A DNA stretch of 36,726 nucleotides from a virus (lineage: Duplodnaviria; Caudoviricetes): the IMG/VR virus record IMGVR_UViG_3300022670_000133, positions 1 through 36,726 of that record, one strand, 5' to 3'. This document shows, one piece after another, positions 19,274 to 27,216 of the stretch. Made by a program: the position numbers and the translations under genes. Numbering within the stretch: position 1 is the first letter of the stretch; each line of letters begins with the position of its first letter. Under the pieces are notes generated by a model. It saw only the letters and a program-made list of their open reading frames with translations. It was not told the DNA's origin and did no database searches.

Positions 19274-19588
19274 TTATCCATTCTTCCATTCCCAATAACG
19301 ACTTCTGGCTATTTCCTTTACCTGATCGATAGACCAGCCTTTATACTTCATCCAGAACGCCACCTGATTATCACCTTCCTCTGCGTGATGCTTTCTACAC
19401 AATGGCATTATTAAATCATCTGGCGGCTTAAGTCCCATTCCTCCTGACGAGCCGTGACGTATATGTGCCCCAACCGTTGTCTCTGTGGTCTGGCATACCT
19501 CGCAGGGTTTGCCCTTATGATCCTTTCTCCATAGCTTATCGATAAGCCGTTTTATCTTACCGAAAGGGAGCATTGAGGTATCCATCAT
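19274..19588 (-). CDS. DUF968-like zinc-binding/HNH-like protein
   Basis: CEVC...AHIR...GMGLKPPD...PLCRKHH. Confidence 0.7.
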   Translation of the reverse strand: MMDTSMLPFGKIKRLIDKLWRKDHKGKPCEVCQTTETTVGAHIRHGSSGGMGLKPPDDLIMPLCRKHHAEEGDNQVAFWMKYKGWSIDQVKEIARSRYWEWKNG

Positions 19589-19600
19589 TCTTTCCTCATA

Positions 19601-19822
19601 TCATTTAAAATCCTCTAGTTTTTCGTATACGTCACCCCAATAATTACGCCCTTTTGATGTCTGACTCCATTTAAAAGACATCATCAGCATGTCATGCATC
19701 GAACAGTTTTTTTCTTGCTCTTTGTTTGACTGAATAGGCTTAAGGTTTTTAATTACATCATCCCAATATTCGCGGTCTTCTGGTATCTGGTTAATACCGT
19801 CAATTAATTGTTTAATCATCAT
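19601..19822 (-). CDS. hypothetical protein
   Basis: 73 aa with AGGA SD; FKWSQTSKGRNYW. Confidence 0.65.
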   Translation of the reverse strand: MMIKQLIDGINQIPEDREYWDDVIKNLKPIQSNKEQEKNCSMHDMLMMSFKWSQTSKGRNYWGDVYEKLEDFK

Positions 19823-19944
19823 TCTTTCCTATAAATTGGGTGGGGCGAATCATGTCCCCACCCGTTAATATTTTAAAGAAACTCTCGAAAGCCTCCGATG
19901 AAAATCCGCCTTGCCACGCCGGGCCGTGACTTTCGGCTGTAAAA

Positions 19945-20373
19945 TTACCCGGTCATAAACTCTTCTAATTCTCTCACCAGATCAGCCTTACTCACGCCTG
20001 GTATGATTTCTTTCACTATAAAATCCAAAGTCCTGTTATAGACTTCATCGAATTTCGTTTGATCCATATTCGCAAAACTTACAGATGTTTCTTTAATCCT
20101 AACGCTGCCATCCCAAGAATTTATTCTTTTGCAATATCCTAGGGCCACCATTATATCCCCTCGCATGTCATCACGATCCGTATAATGTGACTGCGCCTCG
20201 AATACTAAACCAATAAGCTTAAAGTATTTCTTATGGTGCTTGATGTTCCGAGGCATGGTCAGGACGGCCTTAACCTCCTTGCCGGCCATTCCCCTGACGA
20301 TTTCCTCAGAAGACACGTCAACGGCCCTTAAAACGCCCAGCTTGTTTGCTTTCAGATAAACGGTTTCAGCCAT
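19945..20373 (-). CDS. DUF1367-like protein
   Basis: PRNIKHHKKYF and SVSFANMDQTKFDEVY motifs; follows ERF. Confidence 0.75.
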   Translation of the reverse strand: MAETVYLKANKLGVLRAVDVSSEEIVRGMAGKEVKAVLTMPRNIKHHKKYFKLIGLVFEAQSHYTDRDDMRGDIMVALGYCKRINSWDGSVRIKETSVSFANMDQTKFDEVYNRTLDFIVKEIIPGVSKADLVRELEEFMTG

Positions 20374-21025
20374 TATCATCACCTGGAAACGTACCGCCGA
20401 ATCTGTCTTTCAAATCAGATAGTATTTTTTGATCATTCTCATGGAAGCCGGTTATATGCTGTATGTTGTCGTTGTATATTTGTGCGGCGTCTTCTGAATT
20501 AACGGCGTTTTCCAGAGCATGGCCTATCCTGTTGTAATGCTTTTCAGCATCAGAGATTTCTTGTTTGACAGGCTCCTTCTTTTGTGCCGCGTTGTTATCG
20601 TCTGCCGTGTCCTCGTTGTCCTTCTCGCCAGTCTCAAGAGCGAAGGTCTTCAGGTAAATCATCTTACAGGCATAACTAACGGCCTTGCCTGGTCCCAGGT
20701 CATTCTTATCAATCCCATAACCAAAACCATTAACAGTTATTTTGTCTTCTGGATTATCGATATTCACGAAATCAATTGAAACATCAACATGAGTTAATAT
20801 TGCGACGCCGTTCTTTTCCTGCTTATCACATTTTGAATGCTCTTTTACTGTAGGAATAGCAATAACTTCATGCTTAACAAGTTGCTCGCGAACTAGCCGT
20901 GTAACATCGTCGTGACTGACAAATTTGTACTTCTGGAAAGTATTTGTTCCGCCCTTCTTCACATACGAAATGTCTTTCATAATCGCGTGTATGCGCTGGT
21001 GGATATTCATTTTCTTGTCAGTCAT
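20366..21025 (-). CDS. erf: ERF-family ssDNA annealing recombinase
   Basis: KGGTNTFQKYKFVS and GKAVSYACKMIYLKTFALETGEKD motifs. Confidence 0.82.
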   Translation of the reverse strand: MTDKKMNIHQRIHAIMKDISYVKKGGTNTFQKYKFVSHDDVTRLVREQLVKHEVIAIPTVKEHSKCDKQEKNGVAILTHVDVSIDFVNIDNPEDKITVNGFGYGIDKNDLGPGKAVSYACKMIYLKTFALETGEKDNEDTADDNNAAQKKEPVKQEISDAEKHYNRIGHALENAVNSEDAAQIYNDNIQHITGFHENDQKILSDLKDRFGGTFPGDDNG

Positions 21026-21230
21026 TCTTTATTTCCTCAATTTTCTCATACAGTGGACACAGCCCCCCGTTTACATTTCTACAATATAGAAACGGCTCGG
21101 CATTGTCCCACATATCTTTGGTTATAAATCCAAATCCATCAACACGTTTATGCATCCTGCAAAGCCAGTATCTCTGGTGTTTTGACGTCTTATCGCAATG
21201 CTTGCAATCTTCACAAAATGTGTGTGTCAT
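21018..21230 (-). CDS. Cys-rich hypothetical protein
   Basis: CEDCKHC...C...C...CPLY. Confidence 0.7.
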   Translation of the reverse strand: MTHTFCEDCKHCDKTSKHQRYWLCRMHKRVDGFGFITKDMWDNAEPFLYCRNVNGGLCPLYEKIEEIKND

Positions 21231-21460
21231 ATCGATAAATACAATATACCGAAGAACGCGGCAAAACTCACAAGCACAACGATTGTCGTTGTATGCCCTG
21301 TTTTCTCTTTATAATCCGTGCATGTGTTTTCGTTTCTCACAACATCACAGAAATCCATTTTCGTAACCCCCGTCAAATCAACATATTCTGTTAGCCCGCA
21401 TTGAAACCCGATTGTTCCACTTCTTGAATGCTTACATTCCCTGCAGTAGTGTATTTCCAT
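21227..21460 (-). CDS. Cys-rich protein with a C-terminal TM
   Basis: CRECKH...C...C...C plus a hydrophobic tail. Confidence 0.65.
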   Translation of the reverse strand: MEIHYCRECKHSRSGTIGFQCGLTEYVDLTGVTKMDFCDVVRNENTCTDYKEKTGHTTTIVVLVSFAAFFGILYLSI

Positions 21461-21477
21461 GTTATCATTCCTTTCAA

Positions 21478-21660
21478 TGTGTGGCGTCCTGAGATTTGCT
21501 TTCCATGATTACAGGGCCAAGCTTTTAAAGCGCACAGAATTTCATTGTCTTGGTATTCTGTTTGCTCATCTCAGGTTAAGGACCGCCACGAATCCTTTCA
21601 AGGAGGGGTCCGTTAAGACCGTGGCCCCAACCAAATTACGGCTGTTACTGTGGTTCGGTT
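21478..21660 (-). ncRNA. structured intergenic RNA element in the leftward early operon
   Basis: Nested stems 21481-86/21584-89, 21488-95/21568-75 and 21534-40/21555-61, plus further hairpins. Confidence 0.45.
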
Positions 21661-21784
21661 AATCTTTCATAAGGTAATGAATTATTCCGTCCATTAGATC
21701 AGGATCGCCCATGAAAATTATGGGGCATACAATAGTCAAAGAAATAAACCATATCCAAAAACCTATTACGTCAGATGCTTTCAT
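21659..21784 (-). CDS. small membrane protein (41 aa, not in ORF track)
   Basis: MKASDVIGFWIWFISLTIVCPIIFMGDPDLMDGIIHYLMKD; TGATG coupling. Confidence 0.6.
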   Translation of the reverse strand: MKASDVIGFWIWFISLTIVCPIIFMGDPDLMDGIIHYLMKD

Positions 21785-21891
21785 CACAACCCCGCCATAT
21801 AGTTAAGCAACGCCACAACAACAGAACCAATCACAATCCATGTTGCTATCTCGCCCCATTGTTGGGCCTTTAATCTGTTCAGGTGTTTCAT
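21784..21891 (-). CDS. small membrane protein (35 aa, not in ORF track)
   Basis: MKHLNRLKAQQWGEIATWIVIGSVVVALLNYMAGL; GGAG SD; ATGA coupling. Confidence 0.6.
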   Translation of the reverse strand: MKHLNRLKAQQWGEIATWIVIGSVVVALLNYMAGL

Positions 21892-22088
21892 TCTTTCACT
21901 CCGATCTTGGTGTACACATATTTACCACAAACACTTATTTGCACATCAGTAATCACATACCCCAGCATTCCTGCGTAACCTCTATTAATTTCCCAATCAG
22001 TTTCATGCATTTTATAGCCCTGCTTGGTCAAATCACGTTTCTGACGCCTAAAGGCCAAAGTTTCTTTTGTGAAACTGGTAACGATCAT
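21888..22088 (-). CDS. hypothetical protein
   Basis: 66 aa with AGGAGG SD. Confidence 0.7.
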   Translation of the reverse strand: MIVTSFTKETLAFRRQKRDLTKQGYKMHETDWEINRGYAGMLGYVITDVQISVCGKYVYTKIGVKE

Positions 22089-22097
22089 TCTTTCCTC

Positions 22098-22391
22098 CTA
22101 AGATACTTTGCCTCTTACCGGCGTCGGTATTCCCATCCAACTCTCACCAGACGCCATGACGCACGTTCGTCCGCCTGGATGTGTTAAAACAATTGTCCAC
22201 GTAATCCCATCGGGGCTGGTAAATACCTCTAAAACACTTCCATTCGCAGCCAATCCAGCAGCAACAGGAACCTCGTCATATTTACCGTTTAAATGCTTGA
22301 TTAGATCTCCTCTGTTGAAGCAAGCGTTCTGTGCAAATGCACCTGTTGAAATTACCGTAAATACTACGGATATCGAAATGAGCTTTTTCAT
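22098..22391 (-). CDS. secreted/periplasmic protein resembling a conserved alphaproteobacterial hypothetical family
   Basis: Signal peptide ending in AFA; C..R...L..KY.E...G...E.F.S..G.TWTI..T.P.G.TC..ASG.SW; GGAGG SD. Confidence 0.75.
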   Translation of the reverse strand: MKKLISISVVFTVISTGAFAQNACFNRGDLIKHLNGKYDEVPVAAGLAANGSVLEVFTSPDGITWTIVLTHPGGRTCVMASGESWMGIPTPVRGKVS

Positions 22392-22408
22392 TCTTTCTTC
22401 CTCCGTTT

Positions 22409-22454
22409 GGTTTCTAGTAAGACGCACCCCTTAAGATGCGCCTAGATTGAAACC
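22409..22454 (-). promoter_or_regulatory. long leader hairpin (possible processing or antitermination site)
   Basis: GGTTTC..AGGCGCATC-TTAAGG-GGTGCGTCT..GAAACC on the minus strand. Confidence 0.45.
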
Positions 22455-22534
22455 ATTACAGCCTCTTAATCATTTTAATCTCCTGCGTTAGGGTTTCTCC
22501 TACTCTCCGGTATATCTCTGTCTTGTGAGAATTA

Positions 22535-22583
22535 ACAATACCACAACATTTCCTCTTGTCAATAACTTTTTATTGTGTATAAT
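22535..22583. promoter_or_regulatory. divergent early promoters with overlapping -35 boxes
   Basis: Leftward TTGACA-16-TATTGT with an extended TG; rightward TTGTCA-16-TATAAT; both centred on TTGTCAA at 22556-22562. Confidence 0.7.
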
Positions 22584-22609
22584 AAATAATTATCAATAAG
22601 GAAATATAT

Positions 22610-22837
22610 ATGATTAACTTTCTAAAACTACCGACTACCTGGAAATGGCGCATTCAAAAGGCGGAGCTTTCTATAAGCGATGTTGCTGACAAGATGGATA
22701 TGAAATTCAGCAATCTTTCTGCTCTTATAAATTCGCGCCGTATCCCGAGTGTGAATAACATGCAGGCAATAGAGACACTTCTTGCCGAGCATGGACAGGC
22801 ATTCAAGGTGGAGTATATCGAAGATGAAACGTCCTAA
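22610..22837 (+). CDS. Cro/XRE-like HTH regulator
   Basis: LSISDVADKMDMKFSNLSALINSRRIPS; first gene of the rightward operon. Confidence 0.75.
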   Translation: MINFLKLPTTWKWRIQKAELSISDVADKMDMKFSNLSALINSRRIPSVNNMQAIETLLAEHGQAFKVEYIEDETS

Positions 22838-23144
22838 ATACCGTAACAAGAAAACCGTTGTTGATGGCATGACGTTCGACAGCAAGAAAGAGGCTCAGCG
22901 GTACCAGGATTTAAAACTCTTGCAACTTGGTAATGACATATCAGATTTGAAGATCCAGCCAGAGTTTAAACTGCATGTTAATGGCTTCCTTGTATGCAAA
23001 TACAGAGCAGACTTTTCATACACAGAGCGCGGCGAATATATCGTTGAGGATGTGAAGTCAGAGATAACCCGCAAGAACAGGGCATACAGAATCAAGCTCA
23101 AGCTCATGAAAGCGGTTCATGGGATAGATATTAAGGAGACATAA
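22824..23144 (+). CDS. DUF1064 family putative endonuclease
   Basis: KYRNKKTVVDGMTFDSKKEA, YRADF and VEDVKS motifs. Confidence 0.9.
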   Translation: MKRPKYRNKKTVVDGMTFDSKKEAQRYQDLKLLQLGNDISDLKIQPEFKLHVNGFLVCKYRADFSYTERGEYIVEDVKSEITRKNRAYRIKLKLMKAVHGIDIKET

Positions 23145-23146
23145 GA

Positions 23147-23500
23147 ATGAGTGAACAGGAATATTGGTACAGATATGAAGTATATTACAACGATATATTG
23201 TTGAATAAATACAGAGTCGCAAGGCATACAAAATGCGGTGTATGGCTGGCCCGAAGGCATAATACAGAAAAGTTTGTGCTGAACGAAGCGCGGAAGAGGT
23301 GGGCATATCCTAGCATAGAAGGCGCAAGAATAAACTTTATAAAGCGCCGTCAGTATTATTTAGCCATATTAAAAGGGCAGCACGATAAGGCTGTAGAGCT
23401 TCTTGATTTCATTGGTAATGATGGAGAAAACCTTCCGAAAATGACAAGTAAATACGTTCGATTCAGAACTCCTGATGTTGCATATCCGGGGTTTGATTAA
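23147..23500 (+). CDS. hypothetical phage protein
   Basis: 117 aa with AAGGAG SD; TKCGVWL...KFVL...RKRWAYP. Confidence 0.7.
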   Translation: MSEQEYWYRYEVYYNDILLNKYRVARHTKCGVWLARRHNTEKFVLNEARKRWAYPSIEGARINFIKRRQYYLAILKGQHDKAVELLDFIGNDGENLPKMTSKYVRFRTPDVAYPGFD

Positions 23501-23528
23501 TCTTTGACAAAGCAAAAGGAGTGAAAGA

Positions 23529-23849
23529 ATGGAATTCAGAGGATTAAATCAATCAATGATAGCAATCGCAAAGGATAGTTATTGTGTAAAAGGTCTAACC
23601 AACAAAGAGATAGCTGGTAAGTTTGATTTCAAAGAAGATGTTATCAGGGGTTTAGCTAAATATTTAGGGTGGGTCAGGCCGGGTTGGTACGATAAAGAAG
23701 TTATTCGTATTGCAAAAATGACCAAAGCCATGCGCGAAAAAGGAGGGTTTGTCGTTGATAAGGCGGTAGAGAAAGACAGCAAAACATGGCCCGAAGATGC
23801 AAGGTTTGATAGGCCAGGAATGAACTATACTTTCAAGAGATATTTTTGA
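23529..23849 (+). CDS. hypothetical protein, possible HTH
   Basis: GLTNKEIAGKFDFKEDVIRG; AAGGAG SD. Confidence 0.6.
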   Translation: MEFRGLNQSMIAIAKDSYCVKGLTNKEIAGKFDFKEDVIRGLAKYLGWVRPGWYDKEVIRIAKMTKAMREKGGFVVDKAVEKDSKTWPEDARFDRPGMNYTFKRYF

Positions 23850-23860
23850 GGAGAGAAAGA

Positions 23861-24049
23861 ATGATGGGTAAAAGAATGAAAGGCAGAGGTAAGTATCTTA
23901 GTTTAGGGAATGGGAGCTTTACTGTTTTAAAAGACGTGGACGCGATTGTAATTATCCAAACACAGGAGCATCTATCCAGGGAAATAACTATAGCAGATAA
24001 TGCGTTTAAAGCGCTTATGGAATTCTTGAATGAGGAGACAGAAGAATGA
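23861..24049 (+). CDS. hypothetical protein
   Basis: GAGGAG SD before ATG 23861. Confidence 0.6.
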   Translation: MMGKRMKGRGKYLSLGNGSFTVLKDVDAIVIIQTQEHLSREITIADNAFKALMEFLNEETEE

Positions 24050-24495
24050 ACATCGCAGAAACAGAACAGAAGATCGAGGAACTAACCAAACGAATCACAA
24101 AGGCTCGTAAAGACCATAAGACAAGCTCAAAAATGGTTGCTGAGCAGAAAAGACTTCGTAACACTATTCTTGCGCATGGCAAAATTAAAGACTTCGCCAA
24201 CAAAGAGAAGGCAAAGAAAGAAGCCGTGCAACAGCGTGTTGACGCTACCAACGCAGCACAATTCGACACATACCGCCCGCTAGGACTGACAGAGCAGCCA
24301 ACACATGAAGAAATACGGCGAGACAGGGACGCACAGAGAGATACAAACCACGCCGTGACAAACGCAATGGATAATATGTTTGTGTCAACCAGTGAAGCCG
24401 CCGACCTTTCAGATCCTAATGTCCGCCGCAAGTTTTCCGGGCTTCCACCAACACTGTGGCAAAGAGTAAAGAGTTTCTTTGCAAGATGGTTTTAG
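24046..24495 (+). CDS. coiled-coil hypothetical protein
   Basis: 149 aa; GAGGAG SD; amphipathic C-terminal tail. Confidence 0.65.
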   Translation: MNIAETEQKIEELTKRITKARKDHKTSSKMVAEQKRLRNTILAHGKIKDFANKEKAKKEAVQQRVDATNAAQFDTYRPLGLTEQPTHEEIRRDRDAQRDTNHAVTNAMDNMFVSTSEAADLSDPNVRRKFSGLPPTLWQRVKSFFARWF

Positions 24496-24504
24496 GAGGA
24501 AAGA

Positions 24505-24831
24505 ATGATACCTTTCAACAGTCACATAACTAAAGACGATATACAAAAAATAAATAATTTCTTGGAAAACGCGACAGATGATTCTGGATTAGTTCACGAT
24601 AAAGCCACGTTACCTATCAAAACTTTGGGCTCATATCATATCGTAGTGAATGTTTTTCATGTGGATTCATACAATTCTGTAGGCGTGAATTATATTGAAG
24701 AAGATCAAAAGAAAGCGGAACGTGAGATCAGCAAGACTTATTGGCAAAGCGTAGAGGATAAAGAGGCAATAGAGAGAGATGGATATATCATATTAGAGGG
24801 AAATATTGACAAAACAACAGAACAAGAGTAA
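24505..24831 (+). CDS. hypothetical protein
   Basis: 108 aa; AGGAGG SD. Confidence 0.65.
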   Translation: MIPFNSHITKDDIQKINNFLENATDDSGLVHDKATLPIKTLGSYHIVVNVFHVDSYNSVGVNYIEEDQKKAEREISKTYWQSVEDKEAIERDGYIILEGNIDKTTEQE

Positions 24832-24834
24832 CTT
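24806..24834 (+). promoter_or_regulatory. promoter for the C4-like RNA / replication operon
   Basis: TTGACA-17-TAACTT. Confidence 0.65.
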
Positions 24835-24840
24835 TTTTGT

Positions 24841-24901
24841 GTGGTGAAAAATGCATACGTTTAGCGGCGTATGTTGGTTTTGCATTCCGACCCGCCACCA
24901 C
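24841..24901 (+). ncRNA. C4/CI-like antisense RNA
   Basis: Closing stem GTGGTG/CACCAC; hairpin GCATACG-TTTAGCGG-CGTATGT; second hairpin loop contains GCATTCC, complementary to GGAATGC at 24910 and 24923. Confidence 0.7.
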
Positions 24902-24932
24902 TTCTTTCTGGAATGCCTATATGGAATGCGCG

Positions 24933-24986
24933 ATGAAATCACCAAGCCATAAAACCGTATACACCAGCACGCAGGCTTTCCTATGA
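24933..24986 (+). CDS. 17-aa leader peptide coupled to the replication initiator
   Basis: MKSPSHKTVYTSTQAFL; ATGA overlap with 24983. Confidence 0.5.
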   Translation: MKSPSHKTVYTSTQAFL

Positions 24987-25744
24987 GCGGGTGGTTAAAG
25001 CTTCACAGAGCCTTCTCTGAATGGGAATGGGCAGATGAGCCTAATATGGTGGCACTGTTCATTCACCTCCTGCTAACAGCCAATTTTGAGGATAAAAACT
25101 GGAAAGGTATCCCTGTCAAAAAGGGCCAGTTAATTGCAGGCAGAAAGAAGATGGCGGAAACAACGGGTATTTCAGAGCAAGGCATAAGAACCTGTCTCGA
25201 GCGTTTGAAATCAACCAAAGAAGTAACCATATCTTCAGTGTCAAAATATTCAATAATAACAATAACTAACTGGGAAAAATATCAGGACACCAACCAGATA
25301 TCCAACCACGAAGTAACCAACAATCAACCAGCAACTAACCAGCAACTAACCACACCTAAAGAACTTAAGAAGGAAATAAGTAAAGAAAAGAAAGAAGATA
25401 TCTTGTCATTTTCCAATGACGTGAAAGAGGCATTCAACAAATATAATATTCTTGCCGAGAAAATAGGATTGCCGAAAGCTCAAGCGTTGACGAAAGCCAG
25501 AGCAGGGAAGATAGGCCAGAGATTAAAATCATGCAACGGGTTGGACGGCTGGAAATATGCACTAGAGCAATTAGAGAGCTCACCACATTGCCGAGGGGAT
25601 AACGATAGAGGATGGAGAGCGGACATTGATTTTGTATGCCAAGAAAAAAGCTTCACGAAATTAATGGAGGGGTCCTATGCATCCAAGAAACCAAACGGAA
25701 GTACTCAGGAAAACATATTTGACGAATTGAGGCAAAACCTATGA
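24983..25744 (+). CDS. replication initiator (lambda O/DnaD-like replisome organizer)
   Basis: GWLKLHR, LFIHLLLTAN, ITITNWEKYQ, low-complexity linker, GDNDRGWRADIDF...KLMEGSY. Confidence 0.85.
   Translation: MSGWLKLHRAFSEWEWADEPNMVALFIHLLLTANFEDKNWKGIPVKKGQLIAGRKKMAETTGISEQGIRTCLERLKSTKEVTISSVSKYSIITITNWEKYQDTNQISNHEVTNNQPATNQQLTTPKELKKEISKEKKEDILSFSNDVKEAFNKYNILAEKIGLPKAQALTKARAGKIGQRLKSCNGLDGWKYALEQLESSPHCRGDNDRGWRADIDFVCQEKSFTKLMEGSYASKKPNGSTQENIFDELRQNL
25211..25400 (+). repeat. putative replication origin: AACCA-core iterons plus an A-rich tract inside the initiator gene
   Basis: CAACCA.nGAAGTAACCA twice, AACCAGCAACT twice, followed by a purine/A-rich run. Confidence 0.6.
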
Positions 25745-26190
25745 GCAATTTACCCGTATTATTTTCACAAGAAAAAATGCCAGTCACAGCGGCATTCAAA
25801 AGCGAGTTGATGCGCGGCGGTTTTCAGGTCGAATACGATCAGAAGTTAATCCCCGTTGATTCCTTGAATGCAATTATAGCAGAGGCGGACCAATACCTGA
25901 AGCCCGCGGCAAAAGAAACGGTTTTGAATTGGGCCGAAATGCTGGTGGGGTCGTATCCATCAAACCAGGTGAAGGAACCAAAGATTTATATCCGGTCGCT
26001 GATATTCGATATGCAGGACTTCCCGGAAGATATAATTGAAATCGCGGTTCACAAGATCCGCCGTGAATGCAAGTGGATACCCTCTTGCGCCGAGGTATAC
26101 CAGAAGTGCAATGAAATGTTTGTTGCGCGGTCAGCGGTGAAGAGCAGAGCGTTAAACCAACTGAAGGAATGGGATAGGAGAGAGAAATGA
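25741..26190 (+). CDS. putative helicase loader/inhibitor (lambda P-position)
   Basis: DMQDFPEDII...RECKWIPSCAEV; coupled to the initiator. Confidence 0.6.
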   Translation: MSNLPVLFSQEKMPVTAAFKSELMRGGFQVEYDQKLIPVDSLNAIIAEADQYLKPAAKETVLNWAEMLVGSYPSNQVKEPKIYIRSLIFDMQDFPEDIIEIAVHKIRRECKWIPSCAEVYQKCNEMFVARSAVKSRALNQLKEWDRREK

Positions 26191-26495
26191 GCATGAGGGA
26201 AAGGCTTTACGAAATTCAGTGCAAATATATTCGTCAGGGTTATGACGGATCGTGTATCTGCAAGGAAGACAAAGGCATTATTGACAATAAGGATTACGGG
26301 GAAGGGACCCGCATGTGTCGGCTTCTTTGCGTTGAGTCTGTTAACGCAATTCTGGACGCCATGATGGTGCCAACACCGGAGATGCTGGAAAATGTCGGCT
26401 GTATGAACAATTTCGAAGACGAAGGCTACGAAACAGCCGACGCAGACCATACCGAATGGTGGCAAGCAATGCTCACAGCAGCAAAGGAAGAATGA
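26187..26495 (+). CDS. hypothetical phage protein
   Basis: PTPEML...WWQAMLTAA. Confidence 0.65.
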   Translation: MSMRERLYEIQCKYIRQGYDGSCICKEDKGIIDNKDYGEGTRMCRLLCVESVNAILDAMMVPTPEMLENVGCMNNFEDEGYETADADHTEWWQAMLTAAKEE

Positions 26496-26496
26496 A

Positions 26497-26745
26497 ATGA
26501 GGAAAATATATAGCTTCGATGATTTCGATAACTTGAACGCGCTAACCGTCGAGAAAATAAAAAACACGATAGAGATAAGCTTCAAACCAGAGAGATTATC
26601 CTTGAATGAGGACGAAGCCAGAAGCATGACATACGCATTAATGGAAATACTGGAGATATCCACAAAGAACGACGACCCATGCCTTGCCTGCACAGAGAGA
26701 GCAGAGGCAGAATACCAGGCGGAAGAAGGAAAACATTTGAGATAA
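26497..26745 (+). CDS. hypothetical protein
   Basis: 82 aa, packed in the operon. Confidence 0.55.
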   Translation: MRKIYSFDDFDNLNALTVEKIKNTIEISFKPERLSLNEDEARSMTYALMEILEISTKNDDPCLACTERAEAEYQAEEGKHLR

Positions 26746-26765
26746 ACAATGAATGAATAAACTTA

Positions 26766-26793
26766 TTGACACGCAGTAATAATTAATTATACT
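26766..26793 (+). promoter_or_regulatory. sigma70-type promoter for the accessory ORF cluster
   Basis: TTGACA-16-TATACT in an AT-rich gap. Confidence 0.7.
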
Positions 26794-26823
26794 AAGGCAT
26801 ACAAAGAATGAAGGAATGAAACG

Positions 26824-27009
26824 ATGGAACCTTATATAATTGCTGCTGCCACCCTTATTATTGTTGCGGGGATTTTGGTGCTGATTTTTATAGCTTTTTA
26901 CGACCATGAAAAAGAAAACGCACTGCTTAAATTTTGTCTGTTCTGGGTTTGTGTTGGGTCCTTATGCGCCCTACCAATAATACCTTTCATGTGGGTAGGG
27001 ACGCAATAA
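26824..27009 (+). CDS. small two-TM protein
   Basis: Two hydrophobic segments; AAGGA SD. Confidence 0.65.
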   Translation: MEPYIIAAATLIIVAGILVLIFIAFYDHEKENALLKFCLFWVCVGSLCALPIIPFMWVGTQ

Positions 27010-27021
27010 AGGAATGAAGCC

Positions 27022-27204
27022 ATGATTTATGTTTTAATAATTATGATATTTAGTGCCAATAACGAACCTATCATAGTTCACACTCAAGAATTTAACTCTA
27101 AGACAACTTGTGAAGTTTCATCCAGTATTGTCATGAACGAATTAACTTCTAGGCGCTATAGAAATAGAAGATGGAACCACTTTTTTGAATGTGTGAAAAA
27201 ATGA
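27022..27204 (+). CDS. small exported/membrane-anchored protein
   Basis: Hydrophobic N-terminus; QEFNSKTTCE...CV. Confidence 0.65.
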   Translation: MIYVLIIMIFSANNEPIIVHTQEFNSKTTCEVSSSIVMNELTSRRYRNRRWNHFFECVKK

Positions 27205-27216
27205 AGGAATGAAATC

